The notes below the pieces were generated by a model. It was not told the DNA's origin. It saw only the letters and a program-made list of their open reading frames with translations, and ran no database searches. From assembly GCA_039545335.1 (NCBI GenBank), contig BCIN01000003.1, positions 1,809,941 to 1,873,940 on the forward strand: DNA of 64,000 nt, given 5' to 3'. Positions 1 through 14,100 of this stretch are shown here, piece by piece; positions within the stretch are counted from its first letter, which is position 1, and every line of letters starts with the position of its first letter. Position numbers and translations under genes: made by a program. Origin of the DNA: Kondoa subrosea (Eukaryota).

Positions 1-253
1 TTGAGCACAATACACGAGTCCTTGAAATGATCCTGCATTACCCTGTCTACAGCCAGCCATTGCTCGACTAGCTGATCGCTCAGCATGTCTTGGCTATGAG
101 TCCGTGCGTCTGATATAAATTGGCCGAATGTGAGATGGAAGCCTCAGCTTGTCCACGAGCGCGAAGAATGCTATACCAGGCTTAGAGATACACTCAGAAC
201 AAGGACTGCTTGGACACACCTTTTACACAAGCTCCCTTAATCCTGTTTTGCTG

Positions 254-2069
254 ATGCGTCGTTCGCTGTTTTTGTTATCCTGTCTTCTTTTCGTTTCGAG
301 CTCTGCGTCTACTCTTACATTTCCTCTTCACACACGCTCTACAATAACGCGAAAAGATGGGCTGTATAACCCTGCTGCTGGGATATCGGATAGAGCGAGA
401 ATCGAAAGCAAGTATGCGATAAAAGTAATTTCGTGAGCTGCAAGGCAGCAATACATCGTGCTCATATGCTTCACTATAGCGAGATCGATTGGAGCTAAGA
501 CAGACGACAAGTATAGCTGTGACCGATTTCGTCACTCAAGCAGCCGATACGCAGTAAGTATCTGCTGACTGTGTAAATCTTCATGTACTCATGGCCGTGC
601 TTAGGTACTTGGCACAGGTCGAAGTCGGCACGCCGGCCCAGAACTTATACATGCTGCTCGATACTGGATCATCTGACGTTTGGCTGCCTGGGCCTATCAG
701 CAACACAATTCACCCTATTTTCGATGTAACGCAATCTTCAACTTCTAAGTGTTTAACGGACGGCAAGTCTATCGAATATGGATCGGGTACAACTCGTGGA
801 AATGTAAATATTGTGCTACGCGTCTGTTCCCTTCATGTTGGCTGAAAGAGTATTCCAGATATGTACCGATACATTCACCTTAGGCAATGCAACAGTGTAC
901 GACTTACCATACACTCTGACAAACGATACTATACCGTCATTCGAGAACTCCGTCGCTTCTGGTGTCTTTGGTCTTTGTCCTTCATCTAGTAAAGAACGGT
1001 CTTTCGTCACACGTTTAGTCAAAGACAAATGGATCTCTCAGAATACGTTCAGTTTCTTCTTACAACGCTCTAACGATGTTTCGCAAACTATTTCAGAAGG
1101 CATGGTCACTGGTGGAAAGCTCGTTTTGGGAGGAATAATTGATCAACAGTATTATTCGGGCGAAATTACTTACAATAGGGTGGAAGATGATGCGCATTGG
1201 GAAATTCAGATGGATGGAATTACAAGAGGAGGCAATATGATCAATAACACTTTTACCAAAGCTTCAATCGATACCGGAACAGCTTTGATCTATCTGCCGT
1301 CAAACATCGCAAAAACTTTCTTTGCGCCTTTACAAGGGAAGTTGGTTGATTCAGTTGGACACTGGGCGATGTAAGTCAGTTTTTGCAATTCGGGATCTCG
1401 CTGAACTCTTGGGAGCCCATGTAATACGCCTGAGGACCAGTTGAATATTGCCTTACAATTTGCCGGGGTCAAGTATCAAATAATGCTTAAGGATCTGTTT
1501 GTGAGTGTATCATGGCTTGCCTGGTTCTTCTGCTTAATACAGTACTGTAGATCGGCTTCAGCGATGCTTCTCAACAGTTTTGCGTTATGAGCCTTCTAGC
1601 TTCAGATGTAAGCTCACAGCATCTGTGCCATCGCATGGCTGAATTATTTGTCTAGGCTATCGATAGCAAAGGCAATCCACTCGCTGTAATCGGTGCTGGT
1701 GAGTCAAAAATAACACTCAAAGATAATTTCTCAATCTGTCTTTCTCCGAAGCCTTTCTCAAAAGTATTTAGGGCACTGTGTCAATCTATTGCTTTGCTGA
1801 TATTTCGCAGATGTTGTCTCTGTTTTTGACCGCAGCGATCATATGTCTATTGGCTTTGCTTCGGCCGTCAGGTCAAGCAACGGGACAGTCTCGCCGCGTC
1901 CAGCTCGAGCAACTCAAGCAAGAACAGCAGCGACCTCGTACGTGTTTTCCAAAATGCGTCTCTAATAAGCTGATATTTTACCAGAATACCTATCTATTCA
2001 TCAGCATTGACATCAATACCATTGTCATGGACATTACTAGCAGCAACCAGCATTCTATACTTGTATTGA
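254..2069 (+). CDS. Pepsin-like (A1) aspartic protease, secreted, probably GPI-anchored; multi-exon
   Basis: Signal peptide MRRSLFLLSCLLFVSSSAS. Two catalytic motifs, LDTGSSD (~658) and IDTGTA (~1267), plus flap YGSG. The final exon reads IPIYSSALTSIPLSWTLLAATSILYLY*, a hydrophobic GPI-signal-like tail. Confidence 0.88.
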
Positions 2070-2265
2070 GCATATTAATCTTCAATGGCAACAATGATAA
2101 TGAGTTGCAGTTTTAAAAGTTTATGACAAGTTGCAAATGTGAAAAGCTATTTTACAGTTCTATTTTCCCTCTAGTTGTTTTCCTTACAAGGCAGTGAGCT
2201 ACTGCGACCCTTTTTGGTAGCGATACGACACAATTTCAAGTTTGATGTTGTTAGTGACTTTCCTG

Positions 2266-3820
2266 TTAATTCAAGCTGAAAGTTCTTGACGGTGCACGAC
2301 GGGTGCCTCGAAACACGGGAAGACTGTTTTGAGATGAGCTGTCGGAAGTTGAGCCGCCTGGTGATTGGCGAGTCCGATCTGAAGTGGAAGGAGGTCGATC
2401 GAAATAAGTGGGCACGTTGGTATTAGGTAGATCAATACTGAAGTTTTGAGCGCGAGAGCTTGAAGCTGTTGGAGGCAAGACTGGAATAGTAGATCGTGAT
2501 GTTGGCCGAATTTCGTAAGGAGAACTGGCTGAATGATGTAACAGAATTCGTTTAGGCTTATCCGACCGGCCAAAGATGACCTTACCTGGCTCTGCAAACG
2601 GCTCCAATACCAGCACTAAATAGCCAGAGCTGCTAATTGAGTGAGTTCCTACCGAGATTTGAGTTATTTTGACGAACGCGGCAAAGGAAACTTACTCATC
2701 AGATCAGCGCCCATTCCCTTGCCTAAGTACACTTTGACCCGGCTAGACAAGATACCTCGATGACTTTTCAGTCTTAATTGAGAGGAGTCTATAGACTATC
2801 AGCTTAAGTCGACAATGGTGAATGTTGGCTTACAAGCAATTGTTCCGATGACGGGTTCTAAAAGCCTGGATAGCGGTACTTGCTGTAGATCTTTCCGCTT
2901 GAATCGCAGAGGAGTGCTGATGCCTCGGGTCTGTCTAGTTGCACTAGTCAACCTAATTGTTAGGTTAGTTTAGCAATAAGATCTGATCTGGTGTAACTGG
3001 CTTACATCTCATTGAAGCGGGAACGATCGCTGTTCCTTCAGAATTAGCTACATTCCTTGTAGCAGAGCATGCTACTGACGAGCGATGAATAAGATCTTGA
3101 GCGTATCTCCCTTCGATGTCACTTTCGCGGTACTGCAGAAAGCTAGCCAAGTTCTCATCGAGATGAACGATCGTATGATCAAAGCCGCAAATGAGCCAGT
3201 GCTGCGGTTGAGGTGAGCCAAAGCGATAAGATCCATCAACAGCTGTGTATAGACCCAGAGTAAGCAAAGATAGCGCAATACACAATTAGAGTATACCTGC
3301 TGGGGATCCGAAGAATCCAGCTGATGCTTGAGGTGCCGCGCTGAGGTAAGGGCTGTGGTCTATTCAGCAAAAGCAGCCAACAATGACCAAAGCAGCTAAC
3401 CTTGGCACAATCTTGCCTTGCAACTGCTCATAAACAGGCACTTTCGCTTCTCTGTAGAGGTAGGCATGAACAGAAGCATCAAGTGGTGGGTCATCCCGTA
3501 TTGGTAAAGCAGGAGCGAGCTGGATTTCACGAGCGTTTGAATGACTGTTGCCCAAAATCGTACCGAAAGCCCTCACGGATGGAATGGCAGAAGAATAGGT
3601 ACTTGATGTTGCGCGATAGCTGCTGTTCGAAGGATATCAGGAAAAGGTGATTGCTTACGTAACGAGCGCGCAACCTGGGAACTGAGCTCTGTCTCGTCAT
3701 CCTCTGCAGACTATTCTGACTGGAAGGCTCTTCTGGAAACATTGAAGCCAAGGAAGGCAGTCTTGTGTTGCCAGCGCTTGAAGAACGGCGCGAGGGGATA
3801 GGTACATCGAAGAATGCCAT
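2266..3820 (-). CDS. Putative PAS-fold regulatory protein; multi-exon, 5' exon structure uncertain
   Basis: The spliced frame gives WLICGFDHTIVHLDENLASFLQYRESDIEGRYAQDLIHRSDRSRFNE, a PAS-like pattern. It is followed by ...VKVYLGKGMGADL and a Ser/Pro-rich tail. Canonical GT-AG introns join these exons. Confidence 0.5.
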
Positions 3821-4107
3821 TCTTTCGGGAAATGAGTACAGACAAGCGAACGAGGCAGGAAAGAAGCAAGGGAGAAGAGCAAGACATCATACTTGTTTTC
3901 TTTTATGCAAATGGTAGAGGTGCAAGCGTTGGCGTTCCACTGCAAGCCCCTGCAGTCGGAAGGCTCGAGCCCAAGTTGTTTCATCTTTGTTTATCGCTGA
4001 CGCTGATCTTACGCTGATCAACAGTGACAGAACTACTTTGCTTGGTCTTGTGACAAGCATCGGTCTGAACTTCATATGGCAGCATAAATATACATACATT
4101 TTCAGCT

Positions 4108-6746
4108 TCAGGTCCTCCATCGCATCTCATGTCCTAAATCAATGTCCTCTTCGTCATCTTCTTCTCGCCGCATGCTATCATCGCCCAGCGAATCCCTCGA
4201 CCCAGTCGAAGCATGCACCAAATGACTCCTTTCTTCTGCATCTTCTTGACCTTTCGATCCGCGCCTAGGAAATCTTTGACCTGGTAGTGCAGGTGAAAGC
4301 AGATTCTTCAGCCCCCGCTTGCTTTGAGATCGATCACGAGGATCGCTTATCGAAAGATCAGGTGTTGATTGGAAATTGCTGAGCTTTTTCGATAAGCTAT
4401 GACTTGCTGATGTGCTTCTGAAATCAGCTGATTGTGGACCGTTATTCAGATAATGCGCAGAAGGAGTATAGAGATCTTCTGCAAAAGGATCCGAATATCG
4501 CAAAGATTCCTTCTGCCTCTGCCCGACACTGATAATAGTCGTATTGGAAGAGACAGAGTCTTGTTTGCGCGGCTGCGGTCTTCCGTAGTCTATAGAAGAA
4601 GGTAGACTATGCGGGTCTTCTGACATTGTACCATGAAGGTGTAGGGCCGAACGAGCATCTCCTTGTGTTGGATATCGATGTGCTGTCACATCTTCGGAGA
4701 AACCAATAGCTGGCGGATGATCGCGAACTGGTGAAAGAGCTATTGAATCCGATCGCCCAGTATTTCTTGTGAATATGGATCCTTTGTCGCTCTCGTAAGA
4801 GTGCATAGGTGTATCATAGAGTTGATGTCGTTCGACTACTCCAGTACCAATAACATTCCCATCGGTGTCTGATCTTTTATGCCATCTTCGACGTTTCGTG
4901 TCGAAATCACCACTTGCAGACTTGTTCATCGAGCGAGCTCTATATATCGATCCAATGATCCCAGCACCACCTCTTATCGTGTCCATGCCAGGATCTTCCA
5001 CTTCTGTATGCTTCTCTGATTGTTCCACATCTCCGGCGTCACCTCTTGTTATATCTAATAGCATTGTAGACCGTCGATCTAGTCCACCTTGCTCTTTCAG
5101 AGTATTCGGATCGATTTTAGACATTTGCAGTAAGGTGATACCAGCGCAAATGGTAAGGAAGCCTAGGACGACAGTCAAAATGTCGACCACAGGAGCTTTG
5201 AAACCTTGGTAGAGAATCACAGAGGTGACGAGCGTGCACTGATCGTCACTTCAGCCGACTTCAGACGAACATCTGAAAGAGAGCTTACGAAAGTGAAGAG
5301 AGTGTAGTAAACGGCTAAGCAGGCATAAGCTAAACTTCAGACAACAGACTCGATAACGCACGAGTTACTACTGCTGTGTTGTAAAGCTCCAAGGCTTTGT
5401 TCAGGTAGTTGATTTCCGCGAGCAGAGTGATGACTACGAAGCCCAGCAAGAAATACTTTGTATTGACATGTTAGCGACTTCATATGTGTTGTATTTTCTC
5501 GCGCTTACTATGAACCAATGCTTGAATTGGTTATCGCCCCTGATGGATGTAACGATCGATGCTCCCAACCCTGGTAGCTGAATCAGAAAATATTGGTTCA
5601 ACCTTCATCCCCTCGACTTACCAGTTGTGCAAGCGACACTCAAACCACCAATCAACGAGCATATAGATATGTACACCATCATATTCTGTTTTCTGTCAGA
5701 AACGAAAGCATGTGGAGATCAGCTTATCATCTTGTCATGCTACCTAACTGACCCGTATTTGGGAGCCACAAAGAAGATAAGGACCAGAGAGACGACTATT
5801 GTTGTTGAGCCAAAGACCTGCAAGCACATGTCAGACTATACTCAGCTGTAGATTCAATTGACGAAACTAAGAACCCTGGAGCTAGAAATAGCTTCTGGAA
5901 AGCTTTGATCGTTGTCGCACTTTGCTCTTCAGGTCCATTCAGAGCAATGATGGTCGCCCCAAGTATACAAAGGAAACAGCCGACTTTACCGAATAGGGTG
6001 AGTTTCTACAATATCGATTCAGTATAGCCCGATACGAGAAACGGATGGCTGACTTCTTTGAGGAATATCGACGATAATATAGCGCTATCGCAATGTGTCA
6101 GCGCAGATGGGACGCTCCTCTATATGGACTAACTTACCATATCACAACCGAAAGAGCACCCATTGGTGTCACCAATATAGCATCGACGAAAGCATACGCC
6201 ACGACTGCAGGTATTCAGATGCCGATTCAGGGCTAAATAGTCGCCTTACAATTTCTGTATGCACAGCAGTCAGAGCAGAACAGGACGTTATTATATCAGA
6301 AAGCTCACAATATCTCTCCTATGATCATCAAGGTCATACCGACCCACCAGAGCCAGTTCTTGAGGTATGCATGACTATCTATAATGCGCATGAGGCATGC
6401 AGCAAATCGTTCAATTGACAGCTTACCGCCTATTTGACTTGGGTCCAACCCTTTCTGAGCATTCAGCAACCCTTTTCTATCACACGCAGATCAGTCAAGT
6501 CTCTCCGAAGTCATGACAGATGACCAACTTCTTGAAGACAAAACTTGAGCCTATGAAGAGACCGCTTGATATAGCCAAAACGACACCAACGACCTTGAAA
6601 GAAGGTGGGCGAGCGTTCTCTGCTGTCCCGTTGAGTGCAGCTATTTGACTGACAGCCGCTTTGGAGGCTTCTGCTCCTGCTGAAAGTACTGACGAGAGAG
6701 AAGCTATAGCTGCTGCTTCTGATGGTTGTAAGGATTGGGTTGCCAT
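4108..6746 (-). CDS. NIPA/DUF803 family magnesium transporter; many introns
   Basis: FKVVGVVLAISSGLFIGSSFVFKK at the N-terminus, then exons with LVTPMGALSVVI, YLNKALELYNTA and ILYQGFKAPVVDILTVVLGFLTICAGITLLQMSK. Long disordered C-terminal tail. Confidence 0.92.
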
Positions 6747-7059
6747 GTTGGAGTGAGAGCGTGGATAGAAGAACAGCGTACAGGGCCGCAGTCAGGGAAT
6801 AGGAAAGGAGGAACTCGAGCTGTTGTTACGTTGCGCGCGCAGTCGAGTGATGACACTGCCTCAAGTCGTTCGGCTCCAGACAGCTTCTACAGTTTGATAA
6901 GGCCTAAGGACTTGAATACAGCCTGAAGAGCGGCGCCTTGCTGATCACGGCACACACGGCGTCTTGCGACCAGAGAAAGCTCGGTTGTTAGGCAGCAGCG
7001 ATGTTGACTGCCAGAAGCTAGCTTTAATTGCTGTCAGCAGGTATACCAGGACGAGTGAT

Positions 7060-7658
7060 ATGTCCACCGCGCTTGGGGATATCCGCAATCACAAGAACGT
7101 CGTCGGATGGGTTAAGAAATCTATTCATGTCCTCCCTTTGTTATAGCTGGCTGTTCTAAGTTGCTGTCTCTACTGCTGTTCTTTCTTCCTCATCTATCTA
7201 GAGGATGCGCTTCCTGGACTTTACAGGATGAATGCTCTTGTCTGTGCCCTGAAGCAGGGACGAGGAAGTCGTTCCAAGTGAATCAAACTCTATGATTTAT
7301 TTTGCTCTCTGCCTTGTTGAACGACTTTATACTCTCAATATGCGATCTTCCCGTTGAACGCATCTCTTTGATTGTCGCCATACCTCAAGATGCAATTTAC
7401 AGTAAAGCCGAACTGTGTGCAAGGCAACGTGTCCTGCTCATGCTCTCTATCTTGCTATTCTTTGTGGACTCATGTGCTCTCGCCCGTACTCTCAAGCGAT
7501 GACAGCCAATGCGGGCGATCCAGATTGACCGTCCCCGCGAAGACGAAGGGAACATGGCAGTGAATGTACCACTCGAGGTAGAAGACATTAGAGATGGGAA
7601 AGAGGAGAAGATTGCGGTTCAACGTCCAGCAAAGGCTGAAGAGGAATTCCGGATTTGA
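7060..7658 (+). pseudogene. Candidate degraded small membrane-protein gene
   Basis: Hydrophobic reading frames run through single in-frame stops: LPLL*LAVLSCCLYCCSFFLIYL (TAG 7144) and LLMLSILLFFVDSCALARTLKR*QPMRAIQIDRPRED...EEEFRI* (TGA 7500). Confidence 0.3.
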
Positions 7659-8191
7659 AGGCTACATGCGGCAAACAAGAGTGGCCCGGCACGACAAGTC
7701 AATTGTTCTCATTGCGCTGGCTGAGACAGAGAGTGACTCGCTGGTCGTACCCACTGCTGCTTTCTAGACTAGTAGTTGGTGAACCGACGGTAAGTATCAA
7801 ACGCGATCAATTAAATCTTTCGCTTGTGGCATTCTCAATCAGGAGCTGAGTAACTGTAATTGACAAGTAGGGCATCACAGCTTGCGCCTGTGCAATAGCA
7901 TAAATAAATGAATTGCTCACGTGTGTTGATTGTAAGTTGCCAAAGTCACGTTCTTCTGTAAGAACAGCCATCTAGCCTTGGTTTGACCAACAGCGCACCT
8001 ACAGCTGTGTGATAATACCCTGTCGCGCCTTCGGGATCGAATAACAACACAACTCTTCCCAACGACATTCCATTCCAGAGCTCGCACTTTGTTTGGCTCA
8101 AATGTTAGCTGGCGAACTTGCAAAGAAACTGTCATAAATACTCTGTCTGCTACATTTACACTGGCCCTAGCGGCACCGCGGCACAGTCAAG

Positions 8192-11100
8192 ATGCCTATC
8201 CTCTCGTCAGCCAAACGAGAGCGCAACAATTCTCTGGCAGCGCATAATACTTTGAAAGGGCCAGCAACTGGTGGCTCTTATGTCGAACTCCCACCGCTGC
8301 AGACTCAGCTGCCACCACCGCAAACTGCTTTCCCTACAATGAGTGGATCCGGCTCTTCTTCCAAAATACTATATACTTTAGGTGCACCGGCAACTATTGC
8401 TGCAAGTAGCGTTAATGGAGGGGCTGCCAATGGTCGACCTGCCTCTGCTGGCAATGTCTCGCCAACAGCAGCATTCAGAGCTACTTCGCCAACGCGTAAA
8501 GAATCAATAAGCTCAAGTTTGGCTTTGAATGCTCAAACTTCACCTCGACGGAAACGATCTGGTTCTGTTGAATCTACTATTGAAACTTCTAGCAAAGCTG
8601 GAGGTAATTTTCTGGCAAGTATTCGAAGAGGTTCCCATTTCGTCAAAGAATCAACCTCAGCTACTTCTTCCCCTTCCCGTCCAGAATACTCGTTGTCACA
8701 ATCGTCAAGAGGTGCTACATCTTCTCGATCAAAGAAAGTCTCTGCCGCTCCATCACTTGGCACTCAAAGACCTTCAGATGTCTCCGAAACTTCAAGCCTT
8801 ACTCGCGGCAGTCTAACATCTTCTGCTTCTTCTCTATCTTTAGCAACACCACCTTCTTCTGCGCCAGCTGGAAGTCACTCTTTCCCCTTCTCACCAGATT
8901 ATACACTGGACTTTCAAGCACCTGATTCTAGACATCCTTTTGATGTCAAACGGTCCATGTCTGATCAATCCCTCACCGCGTCAGACAACTCGATGCATTC
9001 CAGATCATCTAGTCGAACGAAAACTCGATCGAATCATGGTGACAGTATCGATTCTACCCCAACTCTTCGAAGCAAACAAAACAGATCATCAGACAGAGAT
9101 ATGAGGCATACACGAACGGATGAAGACGGACCGATGGAAGAAATCGTTCCTTGGATGTTTGAGAAAACTCCCTCTTCGCCATCTTCGAAAAGTAGGAGAG
9201 AACCAGTTTCGCCTCGAACGAGACAGACTTCTTTTGCCAATGGTCAAGCTTCTTCATCTAGTCGATCTGCAGTTTTAAAATCAAGCAAGAGTACTGGTAA
9301 TCTGAGAGCCAATGCCAGCTTCTCAAATGGTCTACAACCTGTATCGCCAACTTCACCAAAGAAAGGCTCAAGTCCTTCGAAAGGTTTCTTTAGCATGCTA
9401 AGGCGGAAAGCTAGCAGTAAAGATATACAGGAATCAAGTCAGTGTAGGAAAGCTTAAGGCAAAGACATTGCTCAAAGGCTTTTCTCTCTTGACAGGTTTC
9501 GGCACTGTTTCCGACCGGACTCTAGATTGCGAAAGTAGAGGTTTCAGAGATCCATTTCCTTCGCCTGGTGGTGCTTCTTCATCATACAACTTCCCTCCGC
9601 CTCAACATAAGAAACCTTCGACCTCTTCCTCTTCTGGAAACAAACGTTCGAAGAAACAGAACTCAAAGTCTTCTGGTTCTGGATCAAACGAATACTCTGA
9701 AGGTGCTCATCGTAGTGCTGCAGCAGCAGCGGCGGCCGCTAGTGGTATTACTCTAGATATGGATTGGGAGCAGATGGACGGAATCATCAATCTCGGCGCA
9801 TTGCATCAATCCAGGTCAATGTCTGATCTCTCCGCACTCAATCTTCCTTCAACTACAGTTGGTACTTTCACTCAAGCTTCAGATGGAGGCAGCAACAGCT
9901 TCTCCGGACCAAGCACACCTGAATCTATGCAATCCATGCATAACTTTAGAAGAAGACCTTCTTTAGCCCCAACACTGGGTGCTATTGATTCAGCAGGCGA
10001 AAGTCCAGATGGATCTCCTATTGCTCCTCAAGTACCTCAATCTAGAAGAACGTCTTTGGCTCCTGATTCTCTCTGGGGCCAAACTTTGATCAATAACGGT
10101 TTCACTGGAGTTCCACCAAACAGCGGAAGAAAAACTTCAACTGGTCTACAAAGTGCAATGAATGCTGCAGCTGCTGCAGCGGCGGCTCTGAATGCAGCAA
10201 ACGCTGCTTCTGCAGCCGGGTGGACAGCGCCAGAATCTTGGGCTGTCAATGATGAAGTCGTTATGCATGAAGCGCAACAAGCTAATATTTCAGATGAAGA
10301 AGCCGAAGATTTGGCTAGTCTGGGAAGTGGTGGAATTAGCACACCTTTGATGAAGTATCAAGATGAAAGAAGATCAAGTTTGATTGAAATGGGAGGATTG
10401 AGCACCGTTCCTCTGAGCGGAGGTGGAACGCGGCCTTCCAGTGGTGGTGCAGGTGGTCAGACGAAGAGACCGAGTACCGGTAATGGTCAAAACGTACTAA
10501 TGACTAAAGGCACAAATGTAAGCCTATCAATGCTTCCTACTGGTACATGTCTAACCTAAGTATTAGTACAATATTCGAATCTTCAAGCCGGATGGAACGC
10601 ACACAACCATCTCAGCGCCTTTCACACATCCTGCTACTGATCTTCAACAAATGATTTCGAAGAAACCTGGTTTCATTACTTCCAACGCGAATTACAGGCT
10701 GTTCTTGCGTGAGAGGGGATACGGTGAGTACCTTCGACGGAAGTGAGAGAGTTTTGTCGACTAATCACTCATCAGAGCGAGTTGTTGGACCCTACGAAAG
10801 GCCAATTCGACTTCAGCTTTTGCGGCTAGAACAAGCAGGATACACAGAATGGGATAGACCTGAGGAGCTTGGACGAGAAGATCATTCATACCTCATCAAA
10901 TTCGTGTTCAAGCCGGAAGCAGCACCGCTGAAGAGTTCGGTAAGTCACTGGCAGAGACGGCGGCAACTCTAGCTTATCTTTGGTTCCGATCTTACAGAAA
11001 GATGACTCTTCGCTGGATGGCTTTGAATACATCGACCTTAGAGAGCGGTCTCTAATAACCATCCCTATCTTCTTGCACAAACACGCGCAAGAAGTTATCA

Positions 11101-14100
11101 GTCTCAATATCTCCCGCAATCCAAACCTTGACCTGCCATCTGATTTCGTCCAGCTATGTACATCCTTGCGGGAGTTGCGCATGTCCAGTATGGCTATCAA
11201 ACGTGTACCTCAATCGACAAAAGAAGCAACTGGACTAACAAGGCTCGATATATCCAACAATCGTATCTTGGAGCTTGAACACATCTCCCTCAGCGATTTG
11301 AAAGAGCTGATACGCCTAGAAGCTCACAATAATCGAATATTCACTCTACCAGACTATTTCGCCTCTTTCCGAACTCTTAAGTATCTCAATCTGTCCAACA
11401 ACAAGTTTGAGGTCTTCCCGGAAATTCTTTGTCAAGTCCCCTCTCTAGTCGACCTCGATATGTCCTTCAATGCCTTGTCTGCTCTACCTGACGCTTTCGA
11501 TTCGCTCAAGTCTCTACAAAGGTTGGTCTTGGTCGCCAACGCCATCACTTCTTTACCACGTAGCTTCTCTGCCCTCTCAAACTTACAAGATTTCGATTGC
11601 CGATACAACCAGATTGACTCTTTCGCTGTTCTAAACAATCTACCACGACTGACGGACCTTCGCTGCGACTACAACAAGGTAACCTATTTTGACCTAGAGT
11701 CTACTACGCTCCGATCTTTCCATCTTTCACGCAATACAATCAGCAAATTCGGTCTTCAAGGTACTAGCGCCTCTCTAACCGAGTTGAACTTGTCACATGC
11801 CAAGCTGAGCGGACTGGACATCGACTTTGGTCAACTTCTGTCCCTTGAGGTGCTGACTTTGGACGATAATCAAATTCGAACTCTACCAGATGGACTCACT
11901 ACTTTGATCAACCTCACCCGATTCTCTTGTCGCGAGAACAAGCTAGAATCCCTTCCAGCTGATTTCGGTAACCTCATTCGCCTGCAATACCTAAACGTCT
12001 CGCGCAACGATCTGCAAACACTGCCAGCTTCGATATGGCTCTGTGTGGAGCTCTTGACATTAAACGTCAGCTCCAATCTCTTGAGCGAGTTCCCGGATCC
12101 TCCTCCTTTGAGCGCCGAACCACAACTAGCTAATGAAATCGAAGATCCTGATCGAAAGCAATCTTCAGCCTCTAAGATGTCCAATACCTCTCGCACCTTT
12201 GCGCCTATGGCTGGCACATTACAATTCCTCTACTTGGCGGACAATACTCTCAGGGACGAGATCTTCCATGTCGTCTCTTTAATGACAGAACTGCGGGTAC
12301 TCAACCTCAGCTTTAACGACATTCAGGAGATTCCGCATCGAGGTTTGGCGAAGAGCATTTTATTGGAAGAACTATATCTTAGCGGTAACAAGCTGTCGAC
12401 CTTGCCCGAAGACGACATCGAGCGCTTAGCGAATATGCGTATCATACACTTGAATGCCAACAAGCTCACAACTCTGCCAGCTGAACTCGGAACATTGAAG
12501 AAACTGCATGCACTCGATGTGGGTAACAATATGCTCAAGTACAACATTGCCAATTGGAAGTATGACTGGAACTGGTGAGTAGTGTCTCTGTGCGATGGTC
12601 GCATGCTAATGGCATGCTAAGGAACTGGAATCTGGAATTGCGCTATCTTAATCTGTCAGGAAATAAACGGCTGGAGATCAAGCCAGCTGGACCACAGACG
12701 ATGCATGGGCACGATGGTTCACCAGCAACGGCTAAGCGAAGGAACTTGTCAGACTTCAGTGCGCTTCGCAAGATCAGAACATTAGGTTTGATGGATGTCA
12801 CTCTTACTATACCTTCGATACCCGACGACAATGAAGACCGTCGTGTGCGAACATCGCTTTCCGAAATCAACGAAATGGGATATGGGATAGCCGACACCCT
12901 TGGTCGAGGAGATCATCTCTCTATGATTGATCTGGTAGCGCCCAAGTTCCGAAACCGCGACGACGAATGCGTTTTCGGTATCTTTGAAGGTCAATCACAT
13001 TCGCCACAGGGAGCCGCTCGCATTGCTCGCTATCTTCAAGATTGCTTCACGTCAGCTTTGCATTTGGAGTTGAACAAAATGATTGAGGGCGAAGCGGATG
13101 TGACGGACGTACTTCGACGAACCTTTCTCAACGTCAATCGAGATTATGGCAATATTCTGCTTCCGTCGACTTATGAATCCAATCGAAGACAAGGCGAAGG
13201 CTATAACAGTGCAGGCGCTTCCGATTTGCGGAGTGGTGCATCTGGTGTAGTTGCTTATATCTCGCAAAAAGTACTGCATGTTGCAAATGCCGGAAGAGCG
13301 TTGGCCGTCATTGCAGGTCGCAATGGTGTAGCCAGACCACTCACCACCAGTCATGAGCCTTTGGCTTCTGAAGAATGGGTTCGTATTCGAGCAGCTGAAG
13401 GGTGGGTATCATCCAAAGGGCTGCTTATGGATCAAGTGGATGTGTCGCGCTCGTTTGGTCATTTCCATGTCTCTCCATCTCTCAACGCAGCACCTTCTGT
13501 CCAAACAATCGAGCTTACTGAATCGGATGAATTGGTAATTTTGGCAAACCGCGGTGTCTGGGACTATATCGACTATCAAGCGGCAGTGGATATAGCTCGA
13601 GCTGAACGTGCTGATCCGACAATGGCGTCTCAGAAGCTGCGAGATCTGGCAATTAGTTACGGATCAACGGGACATTTGATGGTGATGGTGGTTTCAGTTG
13701 GCGATTTGTTCAAGACTCGACACGTCACAAATCGAGGTCTCTCAATTGATCCGACGGGAGAAGCCGAAAATACCTTTGCGTTCAATAGACCAAGAGCAAG
13801 AGGTCATGGAATTGCGCCAGGGGAGAGATATCTCACACTCCTAGATCGCGAAGTTCCGCCGCCAACGGGATCGCTTGCTCTGGTCTTTACTGATATCCGC
13901 AACTCGACTTCACTTTGGGACACAAATCCGACAGGAATGCAGATCGCAATGCGTTCACATAATCAGCTGCTTCGTAGACAACTTCGAGCGATTGGTGGTT
14001 ACGAAGTCAAAACGGAAGGAGATGCGTTCATGGTTTCTTTCCCTTCTATAACAGCTGCTTTACTTTGGTGCTTCACCTGTCAACTTGAACTCTTGCGAGA

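Noticed and set aside
3364..3576. YREAKVPVYEQLQGKIVPR resembles fungal kinase-like motifs
   Set aside because: No catalytic kinase motifs follow, and the splice phase favours another frame leading into the PAS-like exons.
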